64,000 nucleotides of DNA from Mobula hypostoma (lineage: Eukaryota): contig NC_086101.1 of assembly GCF_963921235.1 (NCBI RefSeq), positions 1,922,001-1,986,000 on the forward strand. Reading direction: 5' to 3'. This document shows, in pieces, positions 26,332 through 38,700 of the stretch. The notes below the pieces were generated by a model that did not search any database, was not told where the DNA came from, and saw only the letters and a program-made list of their open reading frames with translations. Every line of letters starts with the position of its first letter. The stretch's first letter is position 1. The position numbers were made by a program, and so were the translations under genes.

Positions 26332-26468
26332 ACACACAGCCAGGGGGAGAGCAGCTCCCACACACCATTGGACGTGTGCAGTCCTGGTAACACCGGGCAA
26401 GTAGAAGATTTTTGCTCCAGACGTGTAATGAGAACTTCACTAATGCACATACAGTCTTCAGGCCGACA

Positions 26469-26585
26469 CTACAACAGGTACGCGACGTGCAAGTTTCCCC
26501 GTCCTCCAGCCACTGCGATCTGCTGTCCATCCAGGACGCTGGCCACGGTGTGCACGGGCTGCTGCAGCTTGATCTCTCCCAGGAC
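26469..26585 (-). CDS. Terminal coding exon of a WD40-repeat protein gene: VLGEIKLQQPVHTVASVLDGQQIAVAGGRGNLHVAYLL*
   Basis: Acceptor CCTCCTGGTTGCCAG|GTC, phase 0, then 38 codons and TAG (26471-26469). It reads as a final beta-propeller blade and is in frame with the exon at 41401-41189. It is absent from the ORF track. Confidence 0.85.
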   Translation of the reverse strand, partial: VLGEIKLQQPVHTVASVLDGQQIAVAGGRGNLHVAYLL

Positions 26586-26711
26586 CTGGCAACCAGGAGG
26601 CCCAGTGTCAACACTGGCGATCGTTTGTGTCTTCTGCCACCGCAGGCCTGTGACCCGCGCAGCAGGGGACTGACCCCCTTAATATGTGTCTCACTGGGGG
26701 CAAGAACTCGG

Positions 26712-29700
26712 TGTGTAACGAGTGTCCGGTGAAGATGGGGACTGGCCTGTGTAACGAGTGTCCAGTGGAGACGGGGACTGGCCTGTGTAGCGAGTGTCCG
26801 GTGGAGACGGAGACTGTCCTGTGTCGCGAGTGTCCGGCGGAGACGGGGACTGGGCTGTGTAACGGGTGTCCGGCGGAGACGGGGACTGGCCTGTGTAACG
26901 AGTGTCCGGCGGAGACGGGGACTGGCCTGTGTAGCGAGTGTCCGGCGGAGACGGGGACTGGGCTGTGTAGCGAGTGTCCGGTGGAGACGGGGACTGGCCT
27001 GTGTAGCGAGTGTCCGTTGGAGACGGGGACTGGCCTGTGTAGCGAGTGTCCGTTGGAGACGGGGACTGGCCTGTGTAACGAGTGTCCGGTGGAGACGGGG
27101 ACTGGCCTGTGTAGCGAGTGTCCGTTGGAGACGGGGACTGGCCTGTGTAGCGAGTGTCCGGTGGAGACGGGGACTGGCCTGTGTAACGAGTGTCCGGTGG
27201 AGACGGGGACTGGCCTGTGTAACGAGTGTCCGGTGGAGATGGAGACTGGCCTGTGTAACGAGTGTCCGGTGGAGACGGGGACTGTCCTGTGTAGCGAGTG
27301 TCCGGTGGAGACGGGGACTGGCCTGTGTAACGAGTGTCCGGTGGAGACGGGGACTGGGCTGTGTCGCGAGTGTCCGGTGGAGACAGGGACTGGGCTGTGT
27401 AACGAGTGTCCGGTGGAGACGGGGACTGGCCTGTGTAACGAGTGTCCGGTGGAGACGGGGACTGGCCTGTGTAACGAGTGTCCGGTGGAGACGGGGACTG
27501 GCCTGTGTAACGAGTGTCCGGTGGAGACGGGGACTGGGCTGTGTAGCGAGTGTCCGGCGGAGACGGGGACTGTCCTGTGTAACGAGTGTCCGGTGGAGAC
27601 GGGGACTGGCCTGTGTAGCGAGTGTCCGGTGGAGACGGGGACTTGCCTGTGTAACGAGTGTCCGGCGGAGATGGGGACTGGGCTGTGTAACGAGTGTCTG
27701 GTGGAGACGGGGACTGGCCTGTGTAACGAGTGTCCGGTGGAGACGGGGACTGGGCTGTGTAGCGAGTGTCCGGTGGAGACGGGGACTGGCCTGTGTAGCG
27801 AGTGTCCGTTGGAGACGGGGACTGGCCTGTGTAACCAGTGTCTTGTGGAGACGGGGACTGGCCTGTGTAACGAGTGTCCGGTGGAGACGGGGACTGTCCT
27901 GTGTAACGAGTGTCCGGTGGAGACGGGGACTGGCCTGTGTAACGAGTGTCCGGTGGAGATGGGGACTGGCCTGTGTAACGAGTGTCCGGTGGAGACGGGG
28001 ACTGGCCTGTGTAACGAGTGTCTTGTGGAGACGGGGACTGGCCTGTGTAACGAGTGTCCGGTGGAGACGGGGACTGGCCTGTGTAACGAGTGTCCGGCGG
28101 AGACGGAGACTGGCCTGTGTAACGAGTGTCCGGTGGAGACGGGGACTGGCCTGTGTAACGAGTGTCCGGCGGAGACGGGGACTGTCCTGTGTAACGAGTG
28201 TCCGGTGGAGACGGGGACTGGCCTGTGTAGCGAGTGTCCGGTGGAGACGGGGACTTGCCTGTGTAACGAGTGTCCGGCGGAGATGGGGACTGGGCTGTGT
28301 AACGAGTGTCTGGTGGAGACGGGGACTGGCCTGTGTAACGAGTGTCCGGTGGAGACGGGGACTGGGCTGTGTAGCGAGTGTCCGGTGGAGACGGGGACTG
28401 GCCTGTGTAGCGAGTGTCCGTTGGAGACGGGGACTGGCCTGTGTAACCAGTGTCTTGTGGAGACGGGGACTGGCCTGTGTAACGAGTGTCCGGTGGAGAC
28501 GGGGACTGTCCTGTGTAACGAGTGTCCGGTGGAGACGGGGACTGGCCTGTGTAACGAGTGTCCGGTGGAGATGGGGACTGGCCTGTGTAACGAGTGTCCG
28601 GTGGAGACGGGGACTGGCCTGTGTAACGAGTGTCCGGTGGAGACGGGGACTGGCCTGTGTAACGAGTGTCTTGTGGAGACGGGGACTGGCCTGTGTAACG
28701 AGTGTCCGGTGGAGACGGGGACTGGCCTGTGTAACGAGTGTCCGGCGGAGACGGGGACTGGCCTGTGTAACGAGTGTCCGGTGGAGACGGGGACTGGCCT
28801 GTGTAACGAGTGTCCGGTGGAGACGGGGACTGGGCTGTGTAGCGAGTGTCCGGTGGAGACGGGGACTGGCCTGTGTAGCGAGTGTCCGGTGGAGACGGGG
28901 ACTGGCCTGTGTAACCAGTGTCTTGTGGAGACGGGGACTGGCCTGTGTAACGAGTGTCCGGTGGAGACGGGGACTGTCCTGTGTAACGAGTGTCCGGTGG
29001 AGACGGGGACTGGCCTGTGTAACGAGTGTCCGGTGGAGATGGGGACTGGCCTGTGTAACGAGTGTCCGGTGGAGACGGGGACTGGCCTGTGTAACGAGTG
29101 TCTTGTGGAGACGGGGACTGGCCTGTGTAACGAGTGTCCGGTGGAGACGGGGACTGGCCTGTGTAACGAGTGTCCGGCGGAGACAGAGACTGGCCTGTGT
29201 AACGAGTGTCTGGTGGAGACGGGGACTGGCCTGTGTAACGAGTGTCCGGTGGAGACGGGTACTGGCCTGTGTAGCGAGTGTCCGGTGGAGATGGGGACTG
29301 GCCTGTGTAGCGAGTGTCCGGTGGAGACGGGGACTGGCCTGTGTAGTGAGTGTCCGGTGGAGACGGAGACTGGCCTGTGTAACGAGTGTCCGGTGGAGAT
29401 GGGGACTGGGCTGTGTAACGAGTGTCCGGTGGAGACGGGGACTGGCCTGTGTAACGAGTGTCCGGCGGATACGGGGACTGGCCTGTGTAGCGAGTGTCCG
29501 GTGGAGACGGGGACTGGGCTGTGTAGCGAGTGTCCGGTGGAGACGGGGACTGGCCGGTGTTGCGAGTGTCCGGTGGAGACGGGGGCTGTCCTGTGTAACG
29601 AGTGTCCGGTGGAGACGGGGACTGGCCTGTGTAACGAGTGTCCGGTGGAGACGGGGACTGGCCTGTGTAACGAGTGTCCGGTGGAGACGGGGACTGGCCT

Positions 29701-32700
29701 GTGTAACGAGTGTCCATTGGAGATGGGGACTGGCCTGTGTAACGAGTGTCCGGTGGAGACGGGGACTGGGCTGTGCAGCGAGTGTCTTGTGGAGATGGGG
29801 ACTGGCCTGTGTACCGAGTGTCCGGTGGAGACGGGGTCTGGCCTGTGTAACGAGTGTCCGGTGGAGACGGGGACTGGGCTGTGTAACGAGTGTCTTGTGG
29901 AGACGGGGACTGGGCTGTGTAGCGAGTGTCTTGCGGAGACGGGGACTGTCCTGTGTAACGAGTGTCCAGTGGAGACGGGGACTGGCCTGTGTAACGAGTG
30001 TCCGGTGGAGACGGGGACTGGCCTGTGTAGCGAGTGTCCGGTGGAGATGGGGACTGGGCTGTGTAACGAGTGTCCGGTGGAGACGGGGACTGGGCTGTGT
30101 AGCGAGTGTCCGGTGGAGACGGGGACTGGCCTGTGTTGCGAGTGTCCGGTGGAGACGGGGGCTGTCCTGTGTAACGAGTGTCCGGTGGAGACGGGGACTG
30201 GCCTGTGTAACGAGTGTCCGGTGGAGACGGGGACTGGCCTGTGTAACCAGTGTCTTGTGGAGACGGGGACTGGCCTGTGTAACGAGTGTCCGGTGGAGAC
30301 GGGGACTGTCCTGTGTAACGAGTGTCCGGTGGAGACGGGGACTGGCCTGTGTAACGAGTGTCCGGTGGAGATGGGGACTGGCCTGTGTAACGAGTGTCCG
30401 GTGGAGACGGGGACTGGCCTGTGTAACGAGTGTCCGGTGGAGACGGGGACTGGCCTGTGTAACGAGTGTCATGTGGAGACGGGGACTGGCCTGTGTAACG
30501 AGTGTCCGGTGGAGACGGGGACTGGCCTGTGTAACGAGTGTCCGGCGGAGACGGACACTGGCCTGTGTAACGAGTGTCCGGTGGAGACGGGGACTGGCCT
30601 GTGTAACGAGTGTCCGGTGGAGACGGGGACTGGGCTGTGTAGCGAGTGTCCGGTGGAGACGGGGACTGGCCTGTGTAGCGAGTGTCCGGTGGAGACGGGG
30701 ACTGGCCTGTGTAACCAGTGTCTTGTGGAGACGGGGACTGGCCTGTGTAACGAGTGTCCGGTGGAGACGGGGACTGTCCTGTGTAACGAGTGTCCGGTGG
30801 AGACGGGGACTGGCCTGTGTAACGAGTGTCCGGTGGAGATGGGGACTGGCCTGTGTAACGAGTGTCCGGTGGAGACGGGGACTGGCCTGTGTAACGAGTG
30901 TCTTGTGGAGACGGGGACTGGCCTGTGTAACGAGTGTCCGGTGGAGACGGGGACTGGCCTGTGTAACGAGTGTCCGGCGGAGACAGAGACTGGCCTGTGT
31001 AACGAGTGTCTGGTGGAGACGGGGACTGGCCTGTGTAACGAGTGTCCGGTGGAGACGGGTACTGGCCTGTGTAGCGAGTGTCCGGTGGAGATGGGGACTG
31101 GCCTGTGTAGCGAGTGTCCGGTGGAGACGGGGACTGGCCTGTGTAGTGAGTGTCCGGTGGAGACGGAGACTGGCCTGTGTAACGAGTGTCCGGTGGAGAT
31201 GGGGACTGGGCTGTGTAACGAGTGTCCGGTGGAGACGGGGACTGGCCTGTGTAACGAGTGTCCGGCGGATACGGGGACTGGCCTGTGTAGCGAGTGTCCG
31301 GTGGAGACGGGGACTGGGCTGTGTAGCGAGTGTCCGGTGGAGACGGGGACTGGCCGGTGTTGCGAGTGTCCGGTGGAGACGGGGGCTGTCCTGTGTAACG
31401 AGTGTCCGGTGGAGACGGGGACTGGCCTGTGTAACGAGTGTCCGGTGGAGACGGGGACTGGCCTGTGTAACGAGTGTCCGGTGGAGACGGGGACTGGCCT
31501 GTGTAACGAGTGTCCATTGGAGATGGGGACTGGCCTGTGTAACGAGTGTCCGGTGGAGACGGGGACTGGGCTGTGCAGCGAGTGTCTTGTGGAGATGGGG
31601 ACTGGCCTGTGTACCGAGTGTCCGGTGGAGACGGGGTCTGGCCTGTGTAACGAGTGTCCGGTGGAGACGGGGACTGGGCTGTGTAACGAGTGTCTTGTGG
31701 AGACGGGGACTGGGCTGTGTAGCGAGTGTCTTGCGGAGACGGGGACTGTCCTGTGTAACGAGTGTCCAGTGGAGACGGGGACTGGCCTGTGTAACGAGTG
31801 TCCGGTGGAGACGGGGACTGGCCTGTGTAGCGAGTGTCCGGTGGAGATGGGGACTGGGCTGTGTAACGAGTGTCCGGTGGAGACGGGGACTGGGCTGTGT
31901 AGCGAGTGTCCGGTGGAGACGGGGACTGGCCTGTGTTGCGAGTGTCCGGTGGAGACGGGGGCTGTCCTGTGTAACGAGTGTCCGGTGGAGACGGGGACTG
32001 GCCTGTGTAACGAGTGTCCGGTGGAGACGGGGACTGGCCTGTGTAACGAGTGTCCATTGGAGATGGGGACTGGCCTGTGTAACGAGTGTCCGGTGGAGAC
32101 GGGGACTGGCCTGTGTAGCGAGTGTCCGGTGGAGACGGGGACTGGGCTGTGCAGCGAGTGTCTTGTGGAGATGGGGACTGGCCTGTGTACCGAGTGTCCG
32201 GTGGAGACGGGGTCTGGCCTGTGTAACGAGTGTCCGGTGGAGACGGGGACTGGGCTGTGTAACGAGTGTCTTGTGGAGACGGGGACTGGGCTGTGTAGCG
32301 AGTGTCTTGCGGAGACGGGGACTGTCCTGTGTAACGAGTGTCCAGTGGAGACGGGGACTGGCCTGTGTAGCGAGTGTCCGGTGGAGACGGGGACTGGCCT
32401 GTGTAGCGAGTGTCCGGTGGAGACGGGGACTGGCCTGTGTAGCGAGTGTCCGGTGGAGATGGGGACTGGCCTGTGTAGCGAGTGTCCATTGGAGATGGGG
32501 ACTGGCCTGTGTAACGAGTGTCCGGTGGAGACGGGGACTGGCCTGTGTAGCGAGTGTCCGGTGGAGACGGGGACTGGGCTGTGCAGCGAGTGTCTTGTGG
32601 AGATGGGGACTGGCCTGTGTACCGAGTGTCCGGTGGAGACGGGGTCTGGCCTGTGTAACGAGTGTCCGGTGGAGACGGGGACTGGGCTGTGTAACGAGTG

Positions 32701-35700
32701 TCTTGTGGAGACGGGGACTGGGCTGTGTAGCGAGTGTCTTGCGGAGACGGGGACTGTCCTGTGTAACGAGTGTCCAGTGGAGACGGGGACTGGCCTGTGT
32801 CGCGAGTGTCCGGTGGAGACGGGGACTGGCCTGTGTAGCGAGTGTCCAGTGGAGACAGGGACTGGCCTGTGTAACGAGTGTCCGGTGGAGACGGGGACTG
32901 GGCTGTGTTGCGAGTGTCCGGCGGAGACGGGGACTGGGCTGTGTAACGAGTGTCCGCTGGAGATGGGGACTGGCCTGTGTCGCGAGTGTCCAGTGGAGAC
33001 GGGGACTGGCCTGTGTAACGAGTGTCCGGTGGAGACGGGGACTGGCCTGTGTAACTAGTGTCCGGTGGAGACGGGGACTGGGCTGTGTAGCGAGTGTCCG
33101 GTGGAGACGGGGACTGGGCTGTGTAACGAGTGTCTTGCGGAGACGGGGACTGGGCTGTGTAACGAGTGTCCGGTGGAGACGGGGACTGGGCTGTGTAACG
33201 AGTGTCCGGTGGAGACGGGGACTGGCCTGTGTAGCGAGTGTCCGGTGGAGACGGGGACTGGGCTGTGTAACGAGTGTCCGGTGGAGACGGGGACGGGGCT
33301 GTGTAACGGGTGTCCGGTGGAGACGGGGACTGGCCTGTGTAACGAGTGTCCGGTGGAGACGGGGACTGGCCTGTGTAACGAGTGTCCGGTGGAGACGGGG
33401 ACTGGCCTGTGTAGCGAGTGTCCGGTGGAGATGGGGACTGGCCTGTGTAGCGAGTGTCCATTGGAGATGGGGACTGGCCTGTGTAACGAGTGTCCGGTGG
33501 AGATGGGGACTGGCCTGTGTAGCGAGTGTCCGGTGGAGACGGGGACTGGCCTGTGTAGTGAGTGTCCGGTGGAGACGGAGACTGGCCTGTGTAACGAGTG
33601 TCCGGTGGAGATGGGGACTGGGCTGTGTAACGAGTGTCCGGTGGAGACGGGGACTGGGCTGTGTAGTGAGTGTCCGGTGGAGACGGGGGCTGTCCTGTGT
33701 AACGAGTGTCCGGTGGAGACGGGGACTGGCCTGTGTAACGAGTGTCCGGTGGAGACGGGGACTGGCCTGTGTAACGAGTGTCCGGTGGAGACGGGGACTG
33801 GCCTGTGTAACGAGTGTCCATTGGAGATGGGGACTGGCCTGTGTAACGAGTGTCCGGTGGAGACGGGGACTGGCCTGTGTAGCGAGTGTCCGGTGAAGAC
33901 GGGGACTGGGCTGTGCAGCGAGTGTCTTGTGGAGATGGGGACTGGCCTGTGTACCGAGTGTCCGGTGGAGACGGGGTCTGGCCTGTGTAACGAGTGTCCG
34001 GTGGAGACGGGGACTGGGCTGTGTAACGAGTGTCTTGTGGAGACGGGGACTGGGCTGTGTAGCGAGTGTCTTGCGGAGACGGGGACTGGGCTGTGTAACG
34101 AGTGTCCGGTGGAGACGGGGACTGTCCTGTGTCGCGAGTGTCCGGTGGAGACGGGGACTGGCCTGTGTTGCGAGTGTCCAGTGGAGACGGGGGCTGTCCT
34201 GTGTAACGAGTGTCCGGTGGAGACGGGGACTGGCCTGTGTAACGAGTGTCCGGTGGAGACGGGGACTGGCCTGTGTAACGAGTGTCCGGTGGAGACGGGG
34301 ACTGGCCTGTGTAACGAGTGTCCATTGGAGATGGGGACTGGCCTGTGTAACGAGTGTCCGGTGGAGACGGGGACTGGCCTGTGTAGCGAGTGTCCGGTGA
34401 AGACGGGGACTGGGCTGTGCAGCGAGTGTCTTGTGGAGATGGGGACTGGCCTGTGTACCGAGTGTCCGGTGGAGACGGGGTCTGGCCTGTGTAACGAGTG
34501 TCCGGTGGAGACGGGGACTGGGCTGTGTAACGAGTGTCTTGTGGAGACGGGGACTGGGCTGTGTAGCGAGTGTCTTGCGGAGACGGGGACTGTCCTGTGT
34601 AACGAGTGTCCAGTGGAGACGGGGACTGGCCTGTGTAGCGAGTGTCCGGTGGAGACGGGGACTGGCCTGTGTAGCGAGTGCCCGGTGGAGACGGGGACTG
34701 GCCTGTGTAGCGAGTGTCCGGTGGAGATGGGGACTGGCCTGTGTAGCGAGTGTCCATTGGAGATGGGGACTGGCCTGTGTAACGAGTGTCCGGTGGAGAC
34801 GGGGACTGGCCTGTGTAGCGAGTGTCCGGTGGAGACGGGGACTGGGCTGTGCAGCGAGTGTCTTGTGGAGATGGGGACTGGCCTGTGTACCGAGTGTCCG
34901 GTGGAGACGGGGTCTGGCCTGTGTAACGAGTGTCCGGTGGAGACGGGGACTGGGCTGTGTAACGAGTGTCTTGTGGAGACGGGGACTGGGCTGTGTAGCG
35001 AGTGTCTTGCGGAGACGGGGACTGTCCTGTGTAACGAGTGTCCAGTGGAGACGGGGACTGGCCTGTGTCGCGAGTGTCCGGTGGAGACGGGGAATGTCCT
35101 GTGTAACGAGTGTCCAGTGGAGACGGGGAGTGGGCTGTGTCGCGAGTGTCCGGTGGAGACGGGGACTGGCCTGTGTAACGAGTGTCCGGTGGAGACGGGG
35201 TCTGGCCTGTGTAACGAGTGTCCGGTGGAGATGGGGACTGGCCTGTGTAACGAGTGTCCGGTAGAGACGGGGACTGGGCTGTGTAGCGAGTGTCCGGTGG
35301 AGACGGGGACTGGCCTGTGTAGCGAGTGTCCAGTGCAGACAGGGACTGGCCTGTGTAACGAGTGTCCGGTGGAGATGGGGTCTGGCCTGTGTAGCGAGTG
35401 TCCAGTGGAGACGGGGACTGTCCTGTGTAACGAGTGTCCAGTGGAGACGGGGAGTGGGCTGTGTCGCGAGTGTCCGGTGGATACGGGGACTGGCCTGTGT
35501 CGCGAGTGTCCGGTGGAGACGGGGACTGGCCTGTGTAACGAGTGTCCGGTGGAGACGGGGTCTGGCCTGTGTAACGAGTGTCCGGTGGAGATGGGGACTG
35601 GCCTGTGTAACGAGTGTCCGGTAGAGACGGGGACTGGGCTGTGTAGCGAGTGTCCGGTGGAGACGGGGACTGGCCTGTGTAGCGAGTGTCCAGTGGAGAC

Positions 35701-38700
35701 AGGGACTGGCCTGTGTAACGAGTGTCCGGTGGAGATGGGGTCTGGCCTGTGTAGCGAGTGTCCAGTGGAGACGGGGACTGTCCTGTGTGACGAGTGTCCG
35801 GTGGAGACGGGGACTGGCCTGTGTAGCGAGTGTCCGGTGGAGACGGGGACTGTCCTGTGTAGCGAGTGTCCGGTGGAGATGGGGACTGGCCTGTGTAACG
35901 AGTGTCCGGCGGATACGGGGACTGGCCTGTGTAGCGAGTGTCCGGTGGAGACGGGGACTGGCCTGTGTAGCGAGTGTCCGGTGGAGACGGGGACTGGCCT
36001 GTGTAACCAGTGTCCGGTGGAGATGTGGACTGGCCTGTGTAACGAGTGTCTTGTGGAGACGGGACTGTCCTGTGTAACGAGTGTCCGGTGGAGACGGGGA
36101 CTGTCCTGTGTAACGAGTGTCCGGTGGAGACGGGGACTGGCCTGTGTAGTGAGTGTCCGGTGGAGACGGGGACTGGGCTGTGTAGCGAGTGTCCGGTGGA
36201 GACGGGGACTGGGCTGTGTAGCGAGTGTCCGGTGGAGACGGGGTCTGGCCTGTGTCGCGAGTGTCCGGTGGAGACGGGGTCTGGCCTGTGTCGCGAGTGT
36301 CCGGTGGAGACGGGGACTGGGCTGTGTAGCGAGTGTCCGGTGGAGACGGGGTCTGGCCTGTGTCGCGAGTGTCCGGTGGAGACGGAGACTGGCCTGTGTA
36401 ACGAGTGTCCGGTGGAGACGGGGACTGGCCTGTGTAGCGAGTGTCCGGTGGAGAGGGGGTCTGGCCTGTGTAGCGAGTGTCCTTTGGAGATGGGGACTGG
36501 CCTGTGTAACGAGTGTCCGGTGGAGATGGGGTCTGGCCTGTGTAGCGAGTGTCCAGTGGAGACGGGGACTGTCCTGTGTGACGAGTGTCCGGTGGAGACG
36601 GGGACTGGCCTGTGTAGCGAGTGTCCGGTGGAGACGGGGACAGTCCTGTGTAGCGAGTGTCCGGTGGAGACGGGGACTGGCCTGTGTAGCGAGTGTCCGG
36701 TGGAGACGGGGACTGGGCTGTGCAGCGAGTGTCTTGTGGAGATGGGGACTGGCCTGTGTACCGAGTGTCCGGTGGAGACGGGGTGTGGCCTGTGTAACGA
36801 GTGTCCGGTGGAGACGGGGACTGGGCTGTGTAACGAGTGTCTTGCGGAGACGGGGACTGGGCTGTGTAGCGAGTGTCTTGCGGAGACGGGGACTGTCCTG
36901 TGTAACGAGTGTCCAGTGGAGACGGGGACTGGCCTGTGTCGCGAGTGTCCGGTGGAGACGGGGACTGTCCTGTGTAACGAGTGTCCAGTGGAGACGGGGA
37001 GTGGGCTGTGTCGCGAGTGTCCGGTGGATACGGGGACTGGCCTGTGTCGCGAGTGTCCGGTGGAGACGGGGACTGCCTGTGTAACGAGTGTCCGGTGGAG
37101 ACGGGGTCTGGCCTGTGTAACGAGTGTCCGGTGGAGATGGGGACTGGCCTGTGTAACGAGTGTCCGGTAGAGACGGGGACTGGGCTGTGTAGCGAGTGTC
37201 CGGTGGAGACGGGGACTGGCCTGTGTAGCGAGTGTCCAGTGGAGACAGGGACTGGGCTGTGTAACGAGTGTCCGGCGGAGACGGGGACTGGGCTGTGTTG
37301 CGAGTGTCCGGCGGAGACGGGGACTGGGCTGTGTAACGAGTGTCCGGTGGAGATGGGGACTGGCCTGTGTCGCGAGTGTCCAGTGGAGACGGGGACTGGC
37401 CTGTGTAACGAGTGTCCGGTGGAGACGGGGACTGGCCTGTGTAACGAGTGTCCGGTGGAGACGGGGACTGGGCTGTGTAGCGAGTGTCCGGTGGAGACGG
37501 GGACTGGCCTGTGTAACGAGTGTCCGGTGGAGACGGGGACTGGCCTGTGTCGCGAGTGTCCGGTGGAGACGGGGACTGGCCTGTGTAACGAGTGTCCGGT
37601 GGAGACGGGGACTGGGCTGTGTAACGAGTGTCCGGTGGAGACGGGGACTGGGCTGTGTAACGAGTGTCTTGCGGAGACGGGGACTGGGCTGTGTTGCGAG
37701 TGTCTTGCGGAGACGGGGACTGGGCTGTGTAACGAGTGTCCGGTGGAGACGGGGACTGGGCTGTGTAACGAGTGTCCGGTGGAGACGGGGACTGGCCTGT
37801 GTAGCGAGTGTCCGGTGGAGACGGGGACTGGGCTGTGTAACGAGTGTCCGGTGGAGACGGGGACTGGGCTGTGTAACGGGTGTCCGGTGGAGACGGGGAC
37901 TGGCCTGTGTAACGAGTGTCCGGTGGAGACGGGGACTGTCCTGTGTAGCGAGTGTCCGGTGGAGACGGGGACTGGCCTGTGTAACGAGTGTCCGGTGGAG
38001 ACGGGGACTGGCCTGTGTAACGAGTGTCCGGTGGAGACGGGGACTGGCCTGTGTAACGAGTGTCCGGTGGAGATGGGGTCTGGCCTGTGTAGCGAGTGTC
38101 CAGTGGAGACGGGGACTGTCCTGTGTGACGAGTGTCCGGTGGAGACGGGGACTGGCCTGTGTAGCGAGTGTCCGGTGGAGACGGGGACTGTCCTGTGTAG
38201 CGAGTGTCCGGTGGAGATGGGGACTGGCCTGTGTAACGAGTGTCCGGCGGATACGGGGACTGGCCTGTGTAGCGAGTGTCCGGTGGAGACGGGGACTGGC
38301 CTGTGTAGCGAGTGTCCGGTGGAGACGGGGACTGGCCTGTGTAACCAGTGTCCGGTGGAGATGGGGACTGGCCTGTGTAACGAGTGTCTTGTGGAGACGG
38401 GACTGTCCTGTGTAACGAGTGTCCGGTGGAGATGGGGACTGGCCTGTGTAACGAGTGTCCGGTAGAGACGGGGACTGGGCTGTGTAGCGAGTGTCCGGTG
38501 GAGACGGGGACTGGCCTGTGTAGCGAGTGTCCAGTGGAGACAGGGACTGGGCTGTGTAACGAGTGTCCGGCGGAGACGGGGACTGGGCTGTGTTGCGAGT
38601 GTCCGGCGGAGACGGGGACTGGGCTGTGTAACGAGTGTCCGGTGGAGATGGGGACTGGCCTGTGTCGCGAGTGTCCAGTGGAGACGGGGACTGGCCTGTG

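Noticed and set aside
21666..26673. Long Gly/Arg-rich ORFs in all three plus frames
   Set aside because: Translations of array 3, with constant frame switching between 39- and 40-bp units.
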